Positions 33,994-34,094 of a stretch of DNA of 34,094 nt are shown in pieces; within the stretch, counting starts at the first letter, position 1; the number at the start of each line of letters is the position of its first letter. Source of the stretch: Deltaproteobacteria bacterium (GTDB lineage: Bacteria > Desulfobacterota > Binatia > Bin18); NCBI GenBank assembly GCA_013140885.1, contig JABFSC010000032.1, positions 1 to 34,094 on the forward strand, written 5' to 3'. The notes under the pieces were generated by a model, which searched no databases, had not been told where the DNA came from, and saw only the letters and a program-made list of their open reading frames with translations. Made by a program: the position numbers and the translations under genes.

Positions 33994-34094
33994 TATGAAA
34001 TCTCCCGAGAGCGCGGGCGTCTCGCTCGCGCTGAAAAGTTTGATACCTAAGAGGTGTTCCTTATGCTCGCTTTCCTACCCAACTTGCAAGCGGC

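Overview
GC-rich bacterial chromosomal window with about 30 protein-coding genes. I found no rRNA, tRNA or CRISPR array. Taxon cannot be assigned from sequence alone.

Gene order, left to right:
- A 5'-truncated IS630-type transposase that runs off the left edge and is missing from the ORF track, followed by an orphan BrnA-like small ORF.
- A minus-strand trio: RavA-like AAA+ ATPase, acyl-ACP-desaturase-like diiron protein, ViaA/CoxE-like VWA protein.
- A secreted ELWxxDGT-repeat protein built from near-identical 144-bp units.
- A family III CoA-transferase, an XPB/Rad25-like SF2 helicase tightly bracketed by palindromic repeats, and a SnoaL-like protein.
- A translationally coupled Bat-like operon: membrane protein, MoxR, DUF58, BatA-like VWA, large double-VWA protein.
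- A stand-alone degenerate GGDEF protein that keeps an RxxD I-site, an OmpA-like protein and a glycine-zipper lipoprotein.
- rmd-gmd (GDP-D-rhamnose), a ferritin-like diiron protein, a charged hypothetical protein, typA/bipA, and an Rpn/DUF2887-type PD-(D/E)XK nuclease.
- A six-gene membrane-associated polyamine-like cluster: SpeD-like, double zinc-ribbon/DUF4178 membrane protein, small TM protein, DUF350, TM-fused SpeE-like aminopropyltransferase, Tat-lipoprotein FAD amine-oxidase-like.
- A BKACE-family enzyme.

Intergenic regions carry several short repeat families, many of them palindromic.

Best candidates for an uncharacterised system:
1. The membrane-embedded SpeD/DUF4178/DUF350/SpeE/FAD-oxidase cluster (27053-33050).
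2. The AAA+/VWA pair enclosing a diiron desaturase-like gene (783-4765).

All family calls rest on motifs read by eye from the translations. No database search was possible.
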